Source of the DNA: Podarcis pityusensis
Lineage: Eukaryota
Length of the DNA: 64,000 nucleotides
Assembly: GCA_964106645.2 (NCBI GenBank)
Contig: OZ067039.1
Strand: one strand, 5' to 3'
Both the position numbers and the translations under genes were made by a program. Every line of letters begins with the position of its first letter. Position 1 is the first letter of the stretch. This document shows, piece after piece, positions 12,495-58,853 of the stretch. The notes under the pieces are model-generated. The model saw only the letters and a program-made list of their open reading frames with translations. It made no database searches and was not told the DNA's origin.

Positions 12495-15400
12495 AGTGCC
12501 ATGATAGCTGTGGAACCTGGTGTAATACTTCAGCTGGACTGCGTCACTCTTGATTTCATACATGCCTCTGGATATATAAACAGTGTTAACCCTATATCCA
12601 ATACTTGGTTCAGTGCAGCTTAAACATACTTTGATTGGGAAGAGCTTTGAAGTCCCGGCTTTGAAGCTGAACTGGTAGATTTTGAGTACAGTCCAGAGTG
12701 ATCTCAGATAGGGACAGTCAAATGCAAATATTGGTCAATGGTCCAATGACACACTTTTCTGTAAAACTGAAATGTGTCCTTTCTGTCCACCACCCCAATT
12801 AAAAGGAATCACCCTGAAATTGTAACCTTTCCCTTTGGCTCTGTGATTTGAGAGCACAGTGCAGCTGAGGTCTCCTACTTGAATAGAATTATGTTAGTCT
12901 TTATGGGTGAATCCAAGGATTCCATGAGCAAAACTCAACTCATCAGATGCTCCTGCTGGAGGAAAGGTGGGGGAGGTGATTTTTGTGTTCCTCCTATACC
13001 AGAGGGCTGGGGATTCTCCAGAACTTGCGGGGGTGACACAGGAGGAAATGGAGATCAGAAAAATTGTTACCCTCTTCCTTTTCCCAGCAGGAGTCTCTGA
13101 TGGGTCTCTGTTTTTCCTCCAAATGGATCTTTCTGTTCATGGAAGGAATGCTCTGAATACAAGCTTATCATAGGAATATCCTATTTTATTAGCTTATAGC
13201 CCTCAATTCATGCATTTTAGCAGTCAGGATAGTCTTACCAAAATATGATCAGCGCCAAGATTGATTCTACAATAGAATTAGGATGGATATAAGTCATCAT
13301 TTTATGTCTTCCTTAAATGGGGTAGTATTCTCTTTGTTTTCTTGTAGTTAGGGAGGTTTGATTTTAGGATGTGAATGCAAGAGCTAAGACGAAGCAGTGA
13401 AATTCAACTTCTTTATGTGTTCCCATTAAGCATTCATTGGGTGATATCAAACATTAATCATACTCAAAGTAGACTCATTAAAATCAGTGGATTTTAGTCC
13501 TTCATTTCAGTTAGCCTACTCTTGAGTTTGACTTCCATTGGATATTGCCTGTTATCTTTTTTTTACCTAACTAGGAAATTTAATTACTTGTGTTTACATG
13601 ATCTAATGCAATATACAGCATTAGTGCAGATTTAAAAGCTGCTCTCTTGGGTAACTATACTTTCGTACCTAAAAATGTCACAAGTTTTGCTCATTCCTCT
13701 GACTTGACAAGTGCTTTTTTTTGTTCATTGTAGTGTAAACTAACACAGGTTTCTGCTTCCTATTTCCTATATCTTCCGTTGCAAGAATATTGCATGTGGA
13801 GTCCGGCCTCTTCTGTCTGGACATTCAAGGGATCATTACATTTATCAGTAGCAGGGGGAAAATGTGACTTGTAAGAGTACAGACCAGATTTTAACCATAA
13901 TTTTAATCAAATTATTAGTTTGTACAGCTGCTTACATGTTCATTTCACATGGGAATGCTGACTCACAAGTAAGTTTTTATAACCCATCTGAAACAGATAC
14001 TTGAAGCGTCTTCCATCAAAACCATTAGGGCAATTTTAGGTAAATGCTCTTGATTGGTTCATTTCTGAAAGATTCCGTTCTATTGGTCAGTACCATAAAG
14101 CAAGTCTTTACTTGGTTTTAGCTGGTGGGCCTTCATATTTATTTATTTATTTAGAGTTAAGTTCCTTCAGTAAATCACAGTTGTTGTTTACCATTAAAAA
14201 CAGATTTTATTACTAAAAAATAAATAAAAATAAATTAAGAACCCTATAATATTTAAAGGCTGGTTCAGAGGAAGCCCAGATTAAGAGAGCATGCACATCC
14301 AACCTTCCTTTCTCCCTCCCCATCTTTCTCTGCTCTGCTTCAGTGCTGTGTGCAATGTTTGCGATCCCTGGTTCACTTCTGAACCTGCCACCCTGACAAG
14401 TAATTGGCACCAGGCTTAGGTATTCAGTGAGAAATTAGGCTGGGAGAAATCAGGCTATTATATAATAGTTCCCTTTATGCTGAAGGATGAGTGGATATTT
14501 GCCTGGGACCTTAAGAATTAATGGGAATAAATGTTCTGGAGGTACAGTGGCCATCGTAAACGATAGGTGTTACCCATATAGCTGTGATCCCCTAAGTTAC
14601 TGAAATCATTCTGTGATTATAGAGGCTAATGTAGCTTCTCTTTTTAGAGGCTGTCACTTTTTTGTTTTTGTTTTGGATAATCAAAATAAGCTGTTTTCCT
14701 TATTTTGCTTCTTTCCTCCGTTACAGTTTTAATACTGCATTCATTGACCCAAGTTTCATTGTTCTAATTGTATGTGTTACATGAAGAAAAGAGTTTTTAG
14801 AGTAAATATGGATGCACTGGAGACATCTGTGCACTTGGATTGAGGTGTTTGCCATGGCAGTTCCCCACGCTGAAGACATGATTCTGCTCAGTTTAAAAAA
14901 CCAACTTTACTCTTTAGCAGTAGGAACTGTTGTGGCAAAAACAGCAAGCAAAGCCCTGTTTGTATCTGAGTTCTTTCCTGGGCATGTATTTCTTTCCTCT
15001 CTAGAATCGGGCCATGATATATTCTATTGTGTTCAGTAGACTTTGCACTACGATAAACTCTCAGCATCTAATTGTATATGTTAAGGTCGGACTATATCTC
15101 TGTCGACATGTTGAAAGGTTCTGTTTGAAGCTAATGGATGTAATACAAAAGATTCAGAACAATTGCTTTGCAAGCGAGGGCTGAAATTGAGCTGGCATTA
15201 ATAATTTTATCTGTAAGGAGTGACTGTTGCAGAAATACTGTATCTGCGTCACATCTTCAAAATGCTTTGAAGTTTTCATCATTCCCAACTAATAGTTTCA
15301 GAAAGCTGATAGACTTAACCATTAAAACAACTTTCAGCTGGTGTTTCTGAATTTCTTTAATTCATATTTGCCAAGCTGGACTTTTCAACAGTGATAAATC

Positions 15401-15556
15401 AGTATCAAGTCTAAAATTTAATGGGTAGAATATAGAATTTTCCCATATTGCCCACTTCCGCTATGAAAAGTGATGTATAGGGTGGGATAGCAGGTGAATA
15501 GTAAAAAGGTGTTTTGTATGTGGTTCCTTTTGCAAAAACCTCATTTTGCAAAATCC

Positions 15557-15562
15557 AATAAA
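15557..15562 (+). terminator. Candidate distal CAMLG polyadenylation signal
   Basis: AATAAA followed by GT-rich sequence. Other AATAAA hexamers occur near 14219 and 14526, so the site actually used is uncertain. Confidence 0.35.
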
Positions 15563-16599
15563 CCTCATGTGGTCATGTATGTCCTCCAGTGTAATTATTT
15601 CTAGACTGCTTCTATGAAGTCTGTTAACCATTTATTTGTTGGCATGCCTTTGTAATTCATTTTTAAAGACTACTTGGGTTGTCAAGTGTTTTACTAATAT
15701 ATTTCCAATGTTATTTTCATTTCCAACTATGGAATATATGTTCATGTAACTTATGGACAAGCATGATTTAGAAAGTAAAGAATTAAACACTGCAGTTAGC
15801 TCTGTTGAATCTGTTTACACACCACAATAGGAACCTGCCATCTGCCAGCTGAACAAGGACAATAATGTGTAAAAAGACCAGAATGGGAGTTATGCTGAAC
15901 AGCTGGTAGCAAAAAGCATTGCATGTCACCCTTCTAGAAAAATTAACACAGAAACTAATGAGAGAATGTCATATTTCTATTTACAATTGTGAAAAATGTA
16001 AACTGTGGTCCTGTACTGTGCAATTCCACCCGGAAAGAACATCTGGAGAACTACGGAACACTGTGTTTGGACACCTGTAAAAAAGAAAGATTATTTCACC
16101 CTTTGTCGTACTAACAAATAGAGCATGCTTCTCTGCCAATCCTGTCCCCGTCTCACCCACCCAGTTCTACCATGACCACCAAGTAGCTTTTTACTATAGG
16201 CTATACCAATGCACTACTACTAGATCAACAGTTGTCCAGTCTCTCTCCAGATTTGGTGGTTTGTTTTATTTATATCTACACCCATTATTCACATGGTATA
16301 CTGGAGCATGTTAGCATATTTGTAAGATGCTTAGGCAGTGACTGTGTTAAAAAAGTATATCTATAGACACACTAATTAAAGCAGATTGATGTAGCATGTC
16401 TCCGCATTTAAAGTCACTGAAAGCAGCATGAAATAGCAATAATTCCATACAATTAAAGAACTTGCTATCCCAGGTCTCCTCATCCCATGATTCTGCTCAC
16501 TGTAATACTATTGCACACACCTCAATTCAGTTTCCTTGGAGTGAAGGTCACTGGAGACTGGTGATTTTAGGATATATGATTTAGTATAACAAAATAACA

Positions 16600-16710
16600 A
16601 CTTCTTATTATTTATACCCTGCCCACCTGTCTGGGTTTCCCCAGCCACTCTGGGTGGCTCCTAACAGAATCAAAAGCACAATAAAACATAAAACATTTCA
16701 CTAAACAGGG
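16600..16710 (-). mobile_element. L2-type LINE 3' end fragment
   Basis: TTTATACCCTGCCCACCTGTCTGGGTTTCCCCAGCCACTCTGGG, shared with copies at 18862 and 31489. Confidence 0.65.
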
Positions 16711-17754
16711 TATTAACACATGAATAGATCTTGCTTCCCCATTAAATTTATAGGGAGATCTCCAAACCCATAGCTCTGGATTAAGCACACAGGGAAAGTC
16801 AGGCCTCCTGTTTTTTTGCAGCTTCAGCCCAGACTAAAAATTGTGACTAGCTCTTGGCTAGTCTCCTACCTACAATATGTCATCTCTCTTCCTGGAAGCA
16901 CCATTAGCTTCTTGTTCCTATTGCAACATGGCCAACTCTCTATTCTTGTAACAAAAAAGGTGCTTAGCAGCCCAGCTAGGCTCTTAACTTAAAAAAAATA
17001 AATAAACTGGTTTGGCCGGTTCAGCAGTTCCTTCTACCACAGACTACAGTCTTATAGATAAAAAAAAAGCACAGACTTGGCTGGGATCCACAGGCATTAG
17101 CCAAACCAGCCACCCAATCCTATAGCAATACTTTTACCATCTCCATTAAGATAAATAGTTGCATACCTGGTCTGTGTTAGACATGAATCCAAGTTGTAAG
17201 TAGGAAGTATTTGCTATCGCATCATATTAGCTAGTTTGGGGTATTTGTGTATGTTAATATTAATACTAGATGGTTGTACACAGGGCATTGAAGCAATTGC
17301 CTTCAGCTTTTTCCAACCCAGCACCCAGGCATACATTTTGGGGAACAATTTCTTAATTTCTGGGGTGGGAGTGCTGCTTTTGCAACCCAACTTAGATCAG
17401 GCCATGATAGTGTGTCCCTCCTCACCAGTTGAAGACCAATGCAGTAAATACATTATACATTTATTGGGTGTATTACTTTTCTGTTCTCCTGGAGCCAACA
17501 CCCGCATTTTCTGTCTCTGGCATCAAACCGTATTGTAGCTAAAAAGAGAATTCGTGAATTTTATTTTTATATCAAGGTGGCTTAGAAATCAGAACGGAAT
17601 CACAGACAAGTCAGAATTAAATGCAAACATCACGAAGCAGCTGATAAATGGAGCGTGTCTCCTAGCTCAGCACCGTCCATTACAGAAGAGATTACAATTT
17701 GCGCAATTACAATTGCAATCCATAGGTTGAACATCAGCTTGCCATGGACACCCG

Positions 17755-17830
17755 TCTGGTCACTATGAGAACGAGATGTTGGACTAGATGGGCTTTGGGA
17801 CCCATCCAGAAGGGGCTCTTCTTGCGATCT
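17755..17830 (+). mobile_element. CR1-type 3' tail fragment next to the DDX46 promoter
   Basis: GAGAAC.AGATG.TGGACTAGATGGGC..TTGG..CCATCCAG..GGGCTCTTCTT resembles a CR1 3' UTR. Confidence 0.5.
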
Positions 17831-18088
17831 CATCACCTGCCGCCTCTTCCACACAAACACGCCGGAGAGAGGAAGGTCCCGGCCAGAGCCTGTGAAAGCT
17901 CGGCCCTCCGGACGCTAGGGGTCGCTGTGCCCGGCTGGCGGAAACGCGGGTGACGGCCCCTTCCTTCCGCTTTCTGCGTAGCGCGGGTTCATTTCCGTTT
18001 CGCTTATTCCTTCGGAAATGGCTGTTGCTGCTGCCGCCGCCGCTAAGCCTTGAGGGATCAAGGAAGGAAGGAGGAGGAAGAGGCCGCT

Positions 18089-52026
<33,938 letters not shown>

Positions 52027-52260
52027 ATATTTGGAGTAAACATGTCTGCCAGTTTTCATTTGTGAAACTTGTCATTTCTGTTTATCTTTGCTATTTACAC
52101 TGCTTATTGTAAATTACATTTTTTAATGTAGTCATGCTGGATTTTTTTAAAGATCAAAATTACTTTTGTCAGGGGGTCCTTTTCTGCGCAGATTAAAACA
52201 GTTTCAGGAGGGCATAATTAAAGGGTTTTTTAAAAAAATTGTGTGCTTCTATGTATACGG

Positions 52261-52266
52261 AATAAA
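52261..52266 (+). terminator. Candidate proximal DDX46 polyA signal
   Basis: AATAAA about 235 nt after the stop, with TGTA upstream. Confidence 0.45.
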
Positions 52267-53571
52267 ATCAGTTACAACTTTTCTGGACAACTAGTATAAG
52301 CTCAGCTTGAAAAATCTTAAACAGGGGGTGATAGTTGTACTTCAACAAAGGTTGAAGTTTCCCACTCGCATAGAAAAAACCTCCCTTGCCCATCTTCCTC
52401 CCATTCCGAGTTAGATAAGTGAGAGGCATATGAACTTCTAGAACCATATAAATGGCCTGGAAATTGTGAGTACTTAAACTCTTAATGGACTTTGATGCAT
52501 AAGGTTAACAAAAGTAGTGTCTGTATATTTTCCTGCAAAATGAGAAATTTGGAAGATTTAAATAAGTTTTCTATACATGTCTGGTTTTAGGAATTAGCAA
52601 AAAAAGTTTTTTAAAAAATTGAACTTATTATTTAATGAGAGAAATCGTACTTCCATTACATGAGAAATCTTTTTCCATAAGGGAAGTACAGAATTAGTCA
52701 AGCTTATTGTGAATGTGTGTGTATATATATTCTTTAATTATTTCCCCCCATTTTTCTGTGTCGGCATATGAGAAAATAGTTTGTCAGTCACCTCCAATGT
52801 TGGTGGCTATTGTATCAGAATATGGTAGCCTACCTGAGACAGTCTCTGACCTGTAGACACTTAACTGAGAACTTAGTCTAACTCTCCCTGGTTCCAAAGC
52901 TGTTCTGTTTTCCACTTCTTATCACATTAACATTTATGAGAGAACTTTTCTCAAATTCTTGTAATTTTGCCTTTATTATTGCATCACTGGTAGTATCTGT
53001 GTAAACAATGGCAGTAATAATTGGGAGCTGAAAATTTGTCCAGTTTTGAAATGTCTGTCTTGTAGAAGGGTGTGATGCTATGGGGCAAAATCTAATTTTA
53101 ATATGTAAAATGTACATTGATCTAAATAAATCAGGCTCTAAATTTAATAAACTGGAACACCAAAACAAGCTCATGTGTTTTTCAAAGCATGAATTGCCTT
53201 TAACTGTGTTGGACTTCCCAGAATATTTTGCCAGATTAATGACATGTGTTGTGCTGATTTTATGTTTCACTTTTCAACAGCTTTGACTTGCCATGTGGTA
53301 GGACTGTAGCTGTTTTGTTTTTAAAAGAAAATCTAAAACACTTTCACTGGGCTGTAAGAATTCATGGGAAGGTGAGGAGATTAGCAGGAGCATGATTGTG
53401 CTGTTAAATACTTTGCGATGGGAACTACTTTGAGAAGCCATGATATTGGAAACATTTCATTTGAGAAGATAGTTAATTCTTTCTTTACCTGTAATTTTCA
53501 GTTTTAGAATGAATACAAGGTCTTTGTAAAGAACAATTTCATTATATGTGTGTTTTCTAACTTCCTCATAA

Positions 53572-53582
53572 AATAAAATAAA
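53572..53582 (+). terminator. Candidate distal DDX46 polyA signal
   Basis: Overlapping AATAAAATAAA followed by TGTGTATTCCTTTT. Confidence 0.5.
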
Positions 53583-54439
53583 ACGTCATTGTGTATTCCT
53601 TTTCTGAAAATACTGAATAGCTAAGGTTTTTTCCTTACTTGGCTCAGACTTGGTATTTCACTCCAGCAGTTCAGCTACATTTTTAAAAGGAAGGTTAAAT
53701 GCCAGGAGCTCTCTGTGATAAGAAACAGGTCACAAGAACTACAGTTTCAAATCTAGAAACATTGAAATGCTTTAAAACTAAGGTTGGTTTTTTCTCATCT
53801 GGATCTGAGCTTATTTTGGTTTAAGACATGGATGTTTTCTTGACTCAGCCAGCTTCTGCTGAAAGAAAAGTACGTGCATATTTGTAGACATAGTGGGTTC
53901 TATGTCAAATATAGGAGGTATTTTTGTCAGTACATACACTAAAAACATTTGCTACCTCTGTGGAAATTGACATAGAAAGTGATACGCTGGATCAGACAAA
54001 AAGTCCATCCTGTTTCCCACTGGAAATCTTTGAAGTCTGCTTTGACTTTTAGCATCCTGAATAATACCATATCATCTGCTTACTAAACTACTTTATGCAA
54101 CACTTCCTTTTACGTGTATAATTTGTACAAAGTTTGTAGGCTGTTAACGGCTTTGATATTTTATTCTTTAAAATGTGTAGTGTTATACAATCGAAATTAA
54201 TAATAATGAAGCTATGCATAAAAATGAAATACTTTTTGACAACTTGAGTTTTAGGTATTGATGAGCCATCAACTTGTAAGCTTGCTTTTGCTTTGCTCCC
54301 CATATGTTCTCTCTTTCTTCTTCCTTGGAGTCTTCATAATCCAACTGTTCAACTTGTCCCTATAGCTATGTTTCCTGCTTGTTTCTGCTTTTTATATTGG
54401 CTAATTCTTTTTATATTGGCTAATTCTTTTCATATTCTA

Positions 54440-54770
54440 CTTACATTTCTTCTGTTAACTTTTAAATGCCTTCATTCTTACAGCTCCACTTATATATCTG
54501 CTGCTCCACACACTCTTCGCTCCTGTAATGTCCACAGGATTATATCCTCCATATCCTGAGCTTGCTTCTTCTTGCTTGCTGCTCCCTGTCATTGGAATTC
54601 TTTACCACCTGACATCTGGCTGGCTCCTTCCTTTTGTTTGTTTATAATATTTTTATCTGCTGAGCCTTTTTCCGGTTTTAAGCTTTTTTGTTTTTATATA
54701 TCAGTGTTTTTTATTGTAAGCTTAACTGATACTGATGTATGAGAAGGGTGGGGTACAAGTATTTAAAAAT
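54440..54770 (+). mobile_element. Old L2-type LINE 3' fragment
   Basis: LLTFKCLH..S.TYIS and GCTGCTCCC....TGGAATTCTTTACCA (AAP..WNSLP) remnants. Confidence 0.5.
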
Positions 54771-57599
54771 AACAGTTCCTGATTTAAAAAATGTGCCTCT
54801 TTATACTAGCATCTTCTAACTGTTCTCAAACATCTACCCCTTTCCTTTCACTTCCCTCCCCTGCTGTGTCTTGCCTATGATTTAAGTTCTGATGGCAAAA
54901 CCTTTTGTCTTCTTATGTAATGTATTTAGTCTTGAAAGATGCTTTGCAAATCTTATACCACTTGCAGCTTGCTATCCTTTGTTGATAACATTTTATGTTA
55001 ACATAATGGGGAGAGTGTTCCTGCGTGTGCATGCACGTTTATTTAATATATTTCTACCCCGCCTTTTAGGGCACGTTTATTTGCTTGCTTTTCCAGTCAC
55101 ATGACTGAAAAGGAATGTGCTGCTCCTATGATTATTTTTCTTGACCAAGATCTCTTCCAAATATGGTATCTGCTTAAACAAGTTTGTGTTCTTAAAGGCT
55201 AGAATAGAAGAAATTCTGCCTTCTACTTAACCCTGGTTTAGGACAGGAAAAATGCATTTTTCCTCAGCACTCTTGACTGAAAAATGTAAAATCCATAGAT
55301 CAACCTTAAAATTGTTTTTTAAACTGTTTAAAGATAACTTACTGTGTAGTCGTGTATTTATCTAGTCAGAAGTAAGTCCCAATGGGACTTATTCCTGGGG
55401 AAGTGAGTGCAGGATTGCAGCTTTAATTTTAGAGTTTAGTAACTTCTTTGTTTAGAAAGCATGCTTTAAAATAAATTACTACTGTGAAGGTAGCTATTGA
55501 TCAATGTAGAGGAAATTATATGGGTGCGGGGAAAGGACATGACTGACTGCCCTGAGAATCAGAAAAAATAGTTTGCAATTTGCAAGGCTAAGGATTGATG
55601 GTGTCTTCTGCATATGCACACACTACTCATTTTTTGTTATGTTGAGTTTCTTTACACAGGTTAGAGAAGACTGTAATTCAGTGATATATAAATAAAATAT
55701 CTACTTTTCCTACCACTGACTGAAAAAAGATTAACCCCCTCCACCTCTACATCGGAGGAGTAGTAAAAGGAAGAAGAGGTTCAGTCAGAAAAACTATTCA
55801 AGCTATGTAAAGCTGTATATGGAGAAAAAGCCATTCTTTAAGGGATGTCTTCTATGTCTTACAAATATGACTTGATGTGATGTCTGCTTTTTTGCTGCAG
55901 ACTTCTAGGGAGGCCACAGATAAGATTAAAATCAGTGAGGCAGAAATAAGTCTCATACATAATTAACAAAATCATTATGGAGCACAAAAGCTGGTTTGAC
56001 TGAAAAGGTTTCTGTGCTACTTCTTCCTGCTACTTAGTGTTCCGTAAACAAGCAAAAACTCATACTACTGTTACTTCAGCCCTTTCTAATTCTTCCCGAG
56101 ATCAAGGCTTTGGTTTGAGGTAAGATAAATTACTCATTTCTGCAGCTGTTTTTATTCCAAAGGTCTGAAATATTTTTAACAATCCTATCTGAGCTAGAGA
56201 ACAAAAGCCATCGCATAACCCAAGAGGGGAAGGTCATGTCTATTTTTTTTAAAGCCACATTCTTGTTGAAAAGCACAGCCAAACAGCCTATTTAGTCTGG
56301 TAGAAAATATGGGTTTCCTGAGGAAATTCTGTGGTGTGTCTCTAATAATACAGACCTCTTGTGGTGAAAATATTACACATGCGTGTAGGCAGCATCTGCT
56401 GAACCCAAGATTTAAAGGGCACCTTGTTTCTCAGGCTACCTCATTCTGTTTGCCCTGGCATATTATTCTAGCACATTTACCAACCTTGCTCTTTACAGGG
56501 TATTTCCCCCCCAACATGTTCATGCAAGGAGTGGGAGAGTTTGTGGTAGTGTGCAAGCAGATGTAATGTAACAACACCTAAAAAAACTAAGCACAACTCT
56601 CCTACAGGCCTAAGCCCCCTCTCTGAATTTGGCTGTTGTGCTATATGAAGAATGGTGCTCCTGATAGCAGAATATATGGGCTAGTAGGCTGCCACAATTG
56701 GATGTCACCCAACTACTTTGGCTTTCACCCACCACTGTAATGAATACATTATGGAGATGTAAGGAGAGATGTAAGGAAGTGATTTAAAGTACAGAATGTG
56801 CATTTTCATATATTGATAGAGTGCTGTGGTACATGGTTTTTTTAAGCATATCAACCTGATATTACATAAACTTTCCACAGTAGTTTGTTTATCATTCAAT
56901 ATCTTTAGCTTCCCCTTGTATCAGAAACCTGAGCCAGAGCAGCTGGAGGACATCATGTTTGCTTTCCACTATGTCAATGTTTGAGGTCCACCAGCCCATC
57001 AATGGAACAGTTCTTAAGTATACTGGAATTCATTCGTTTCCCAAAATTCAGAAGGACACCCAACCTAGTTGGTCTACCACTGTGGCAGCAGTACAGAAGA
57101 TGGTGATCTGACCACACAGCTAACATTGTATATATATTTATAATGTATATATTTTTACACCTGCCAACTTGGGATAATTTTCCATTCATCTGCTGAAGTG
57201 GGCTCTAGTCCATGAAAGTGACTATAATTAATTGCTTAGTCTTTAAAGTTGCAGCAACACTGCTGTTTTTGCTGCAACAGTTTATTACCTCTTTGGAAAC
57301 GCAAGGCAGTAATTCATTAAGTAATAATCTGACATGATAGATGCCTTCTTGCCAATCCCAGTAATTCCAGGTGAAAATATAATCCAGTTTAAATAGAAAT
57401 ACAGGCAACTCATTCCTAAGAATATGTTCTAACTAGCACTGAACAATGAGTGGTAATTCAACCCTAGTATTCCCCAGTGTAGTAATGCTGTGGGCTGTTA
57501 TATGAAATGTGAAGCAGAGTCCCTTAGTCCTACGAGGAAGGTAGTAGACGTGGTTTAACGGTTCTGCTGCTGAGAGGGGCAAGGAACTAGACGTGGTTA

Positions 57600-57811
57600 A
57601 GAGGGAGAAAATATGAAGTGGCCGGGTTGGTGCTTGCCTTAATTCTGAGAGGAGACGATTCTACAGAGATGGTGCCACAACAGAAAAGGCTCTCATTCTG
57701 CTTGTCATCTCTCTAGGCTGCTGCACAACCAGGAAGGTCTCATCAGCAGACCTTAATGACAGCTCAGGCCAATACATAACAAAGCACTCCCTTAGGTAGC
57801 CTGATTTCAGG
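57600..57811 (-). mobile_element. Old L2-type fragment interrupted by the hAT insertion
   Basis: Antisense RAFSVVAPSL remnant (AGAGATGGTGCCACAACAGAAAAGGCTCT). Confidence 0.45.
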
Positions 57812-58853
57812 CAGTGGCGTAGCGTGGGTTCTCAGCACCCGGGGCAAGGCAAGTAATTTGCGCCCCCTAACCCGGGGCAAGGCAAGTAATTTGCGCCCCC
57901 TAACCTGTGGATTTTAGCACTCGAGTCTCTTCCGCACCCCCTCCAGATGTTGCGCCAGGTGCAGCAGGCCCCCCTGCACCCCCCACGCTACGCCACTGCT
58001 CCCACCACAAGTCTTCAGGACAGCCATCCGAAGGCTGGCGCGGGGAGAAGTTCTCTCCGCCCGCCAGGCTTCGGAGCAGCCTTCCGAAGGCTGGCGCGGG
58101 GAGAAGGTCTCTCCGCCCCACCGCCAGGCTTCGGAGCAGCCTTCCGAAGGCTGGCGCGGGGAGAAGGTCTCTCCGCCCGACCGCCAGGCTTCGGAGCAGC
58201 CTTCCGAAGGCTGGCGCGGGGAGAAGGTCTCTCCGCCCCACCGCCAGGCTTCGGAGCAGCCTTCCGAAGGCTGGCGCGGGGAGAAGGTCTCTCCGCCCCA
58301 CCGCCAGGCTTCGGAGCATCCTGCCGAAGGCTGGCGCGGGGAGAAGGTCTCTCCGCCCCACCGCCAGGCTTCGGAGCAGCCATCCGAAGGCTGGCGCGGG
58401 GAGAAGGTCTCTCCGCCCCACCGCCAGGCTTCGGAGGAGCCTTCCGAAGGCTGGCGGTGGGGCGGAGAAACCTCCTCCCGCCGCCAGGCTTCGGAGCAGC
58501 CTTCCGAAGGCTGGCGGTGGGGCGGAGAGCCCTCCTCCCGCCCCCAGCCTTCGGAGCAGCCTTCCGAAGCCTGGCGGCGGGAGGAGGTCTCTCCGCCCCA
58601 CCGCCAGGCTTCGGAGCAGCCTTCCGAAGGCTGGCGCGGGGAGAAGGTCTCTCCGCCTCACCGCCAGGCTTCGGAGCAGCCTTCCGAAGGCTGGCGCGGG
58701 GAGGAGGTCTCTCCGCCCCACCGCCAGCCTTCGGAGGAGGTCCGAGGACAGTGGGGTTCCTGCTTCCTCCAGGAGGGCCGGCCAAACGCGCCCCCCCCAA
58801 ATGTTGCGCCCGGTGCGGCCGGCACCCCTGGCACCCCCCACGCTACGCCACTG
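57812..58853. mobile_element. Composite hAT non-autonomous element with an internal 60-bp minisatellite
   Basis: Perfect TIRs CAGTGGCGTAGCGTGGG / CCCACGCTACGCCACTG. Perfect 8-bp TSD ATTTCAGG (57804-57811, 58854-58861). Extra internal right end finishing at 57998. Same family as 5822. Confidence 0.92.
58025..58740. repeat. GC-rich 60-bp tandem repeat, about 12 units
   Basis: Unit CTTCCGAAGGCTGGCGCGGGGAGAAGGTCTCTCCGCCCCACCGCCAGGCTTCGGAGCAGC: 11 full units at 58081-58740 plus one shorter leading unit. Confidence 0.97.

Noticed and set aside
58025-58740. Possible CRISPR-like array (palindromic repeats with spacers)
   Set aside because: The spacers are near-identical rather than unique, the DNA is vertebrate, and there are no cas genes.
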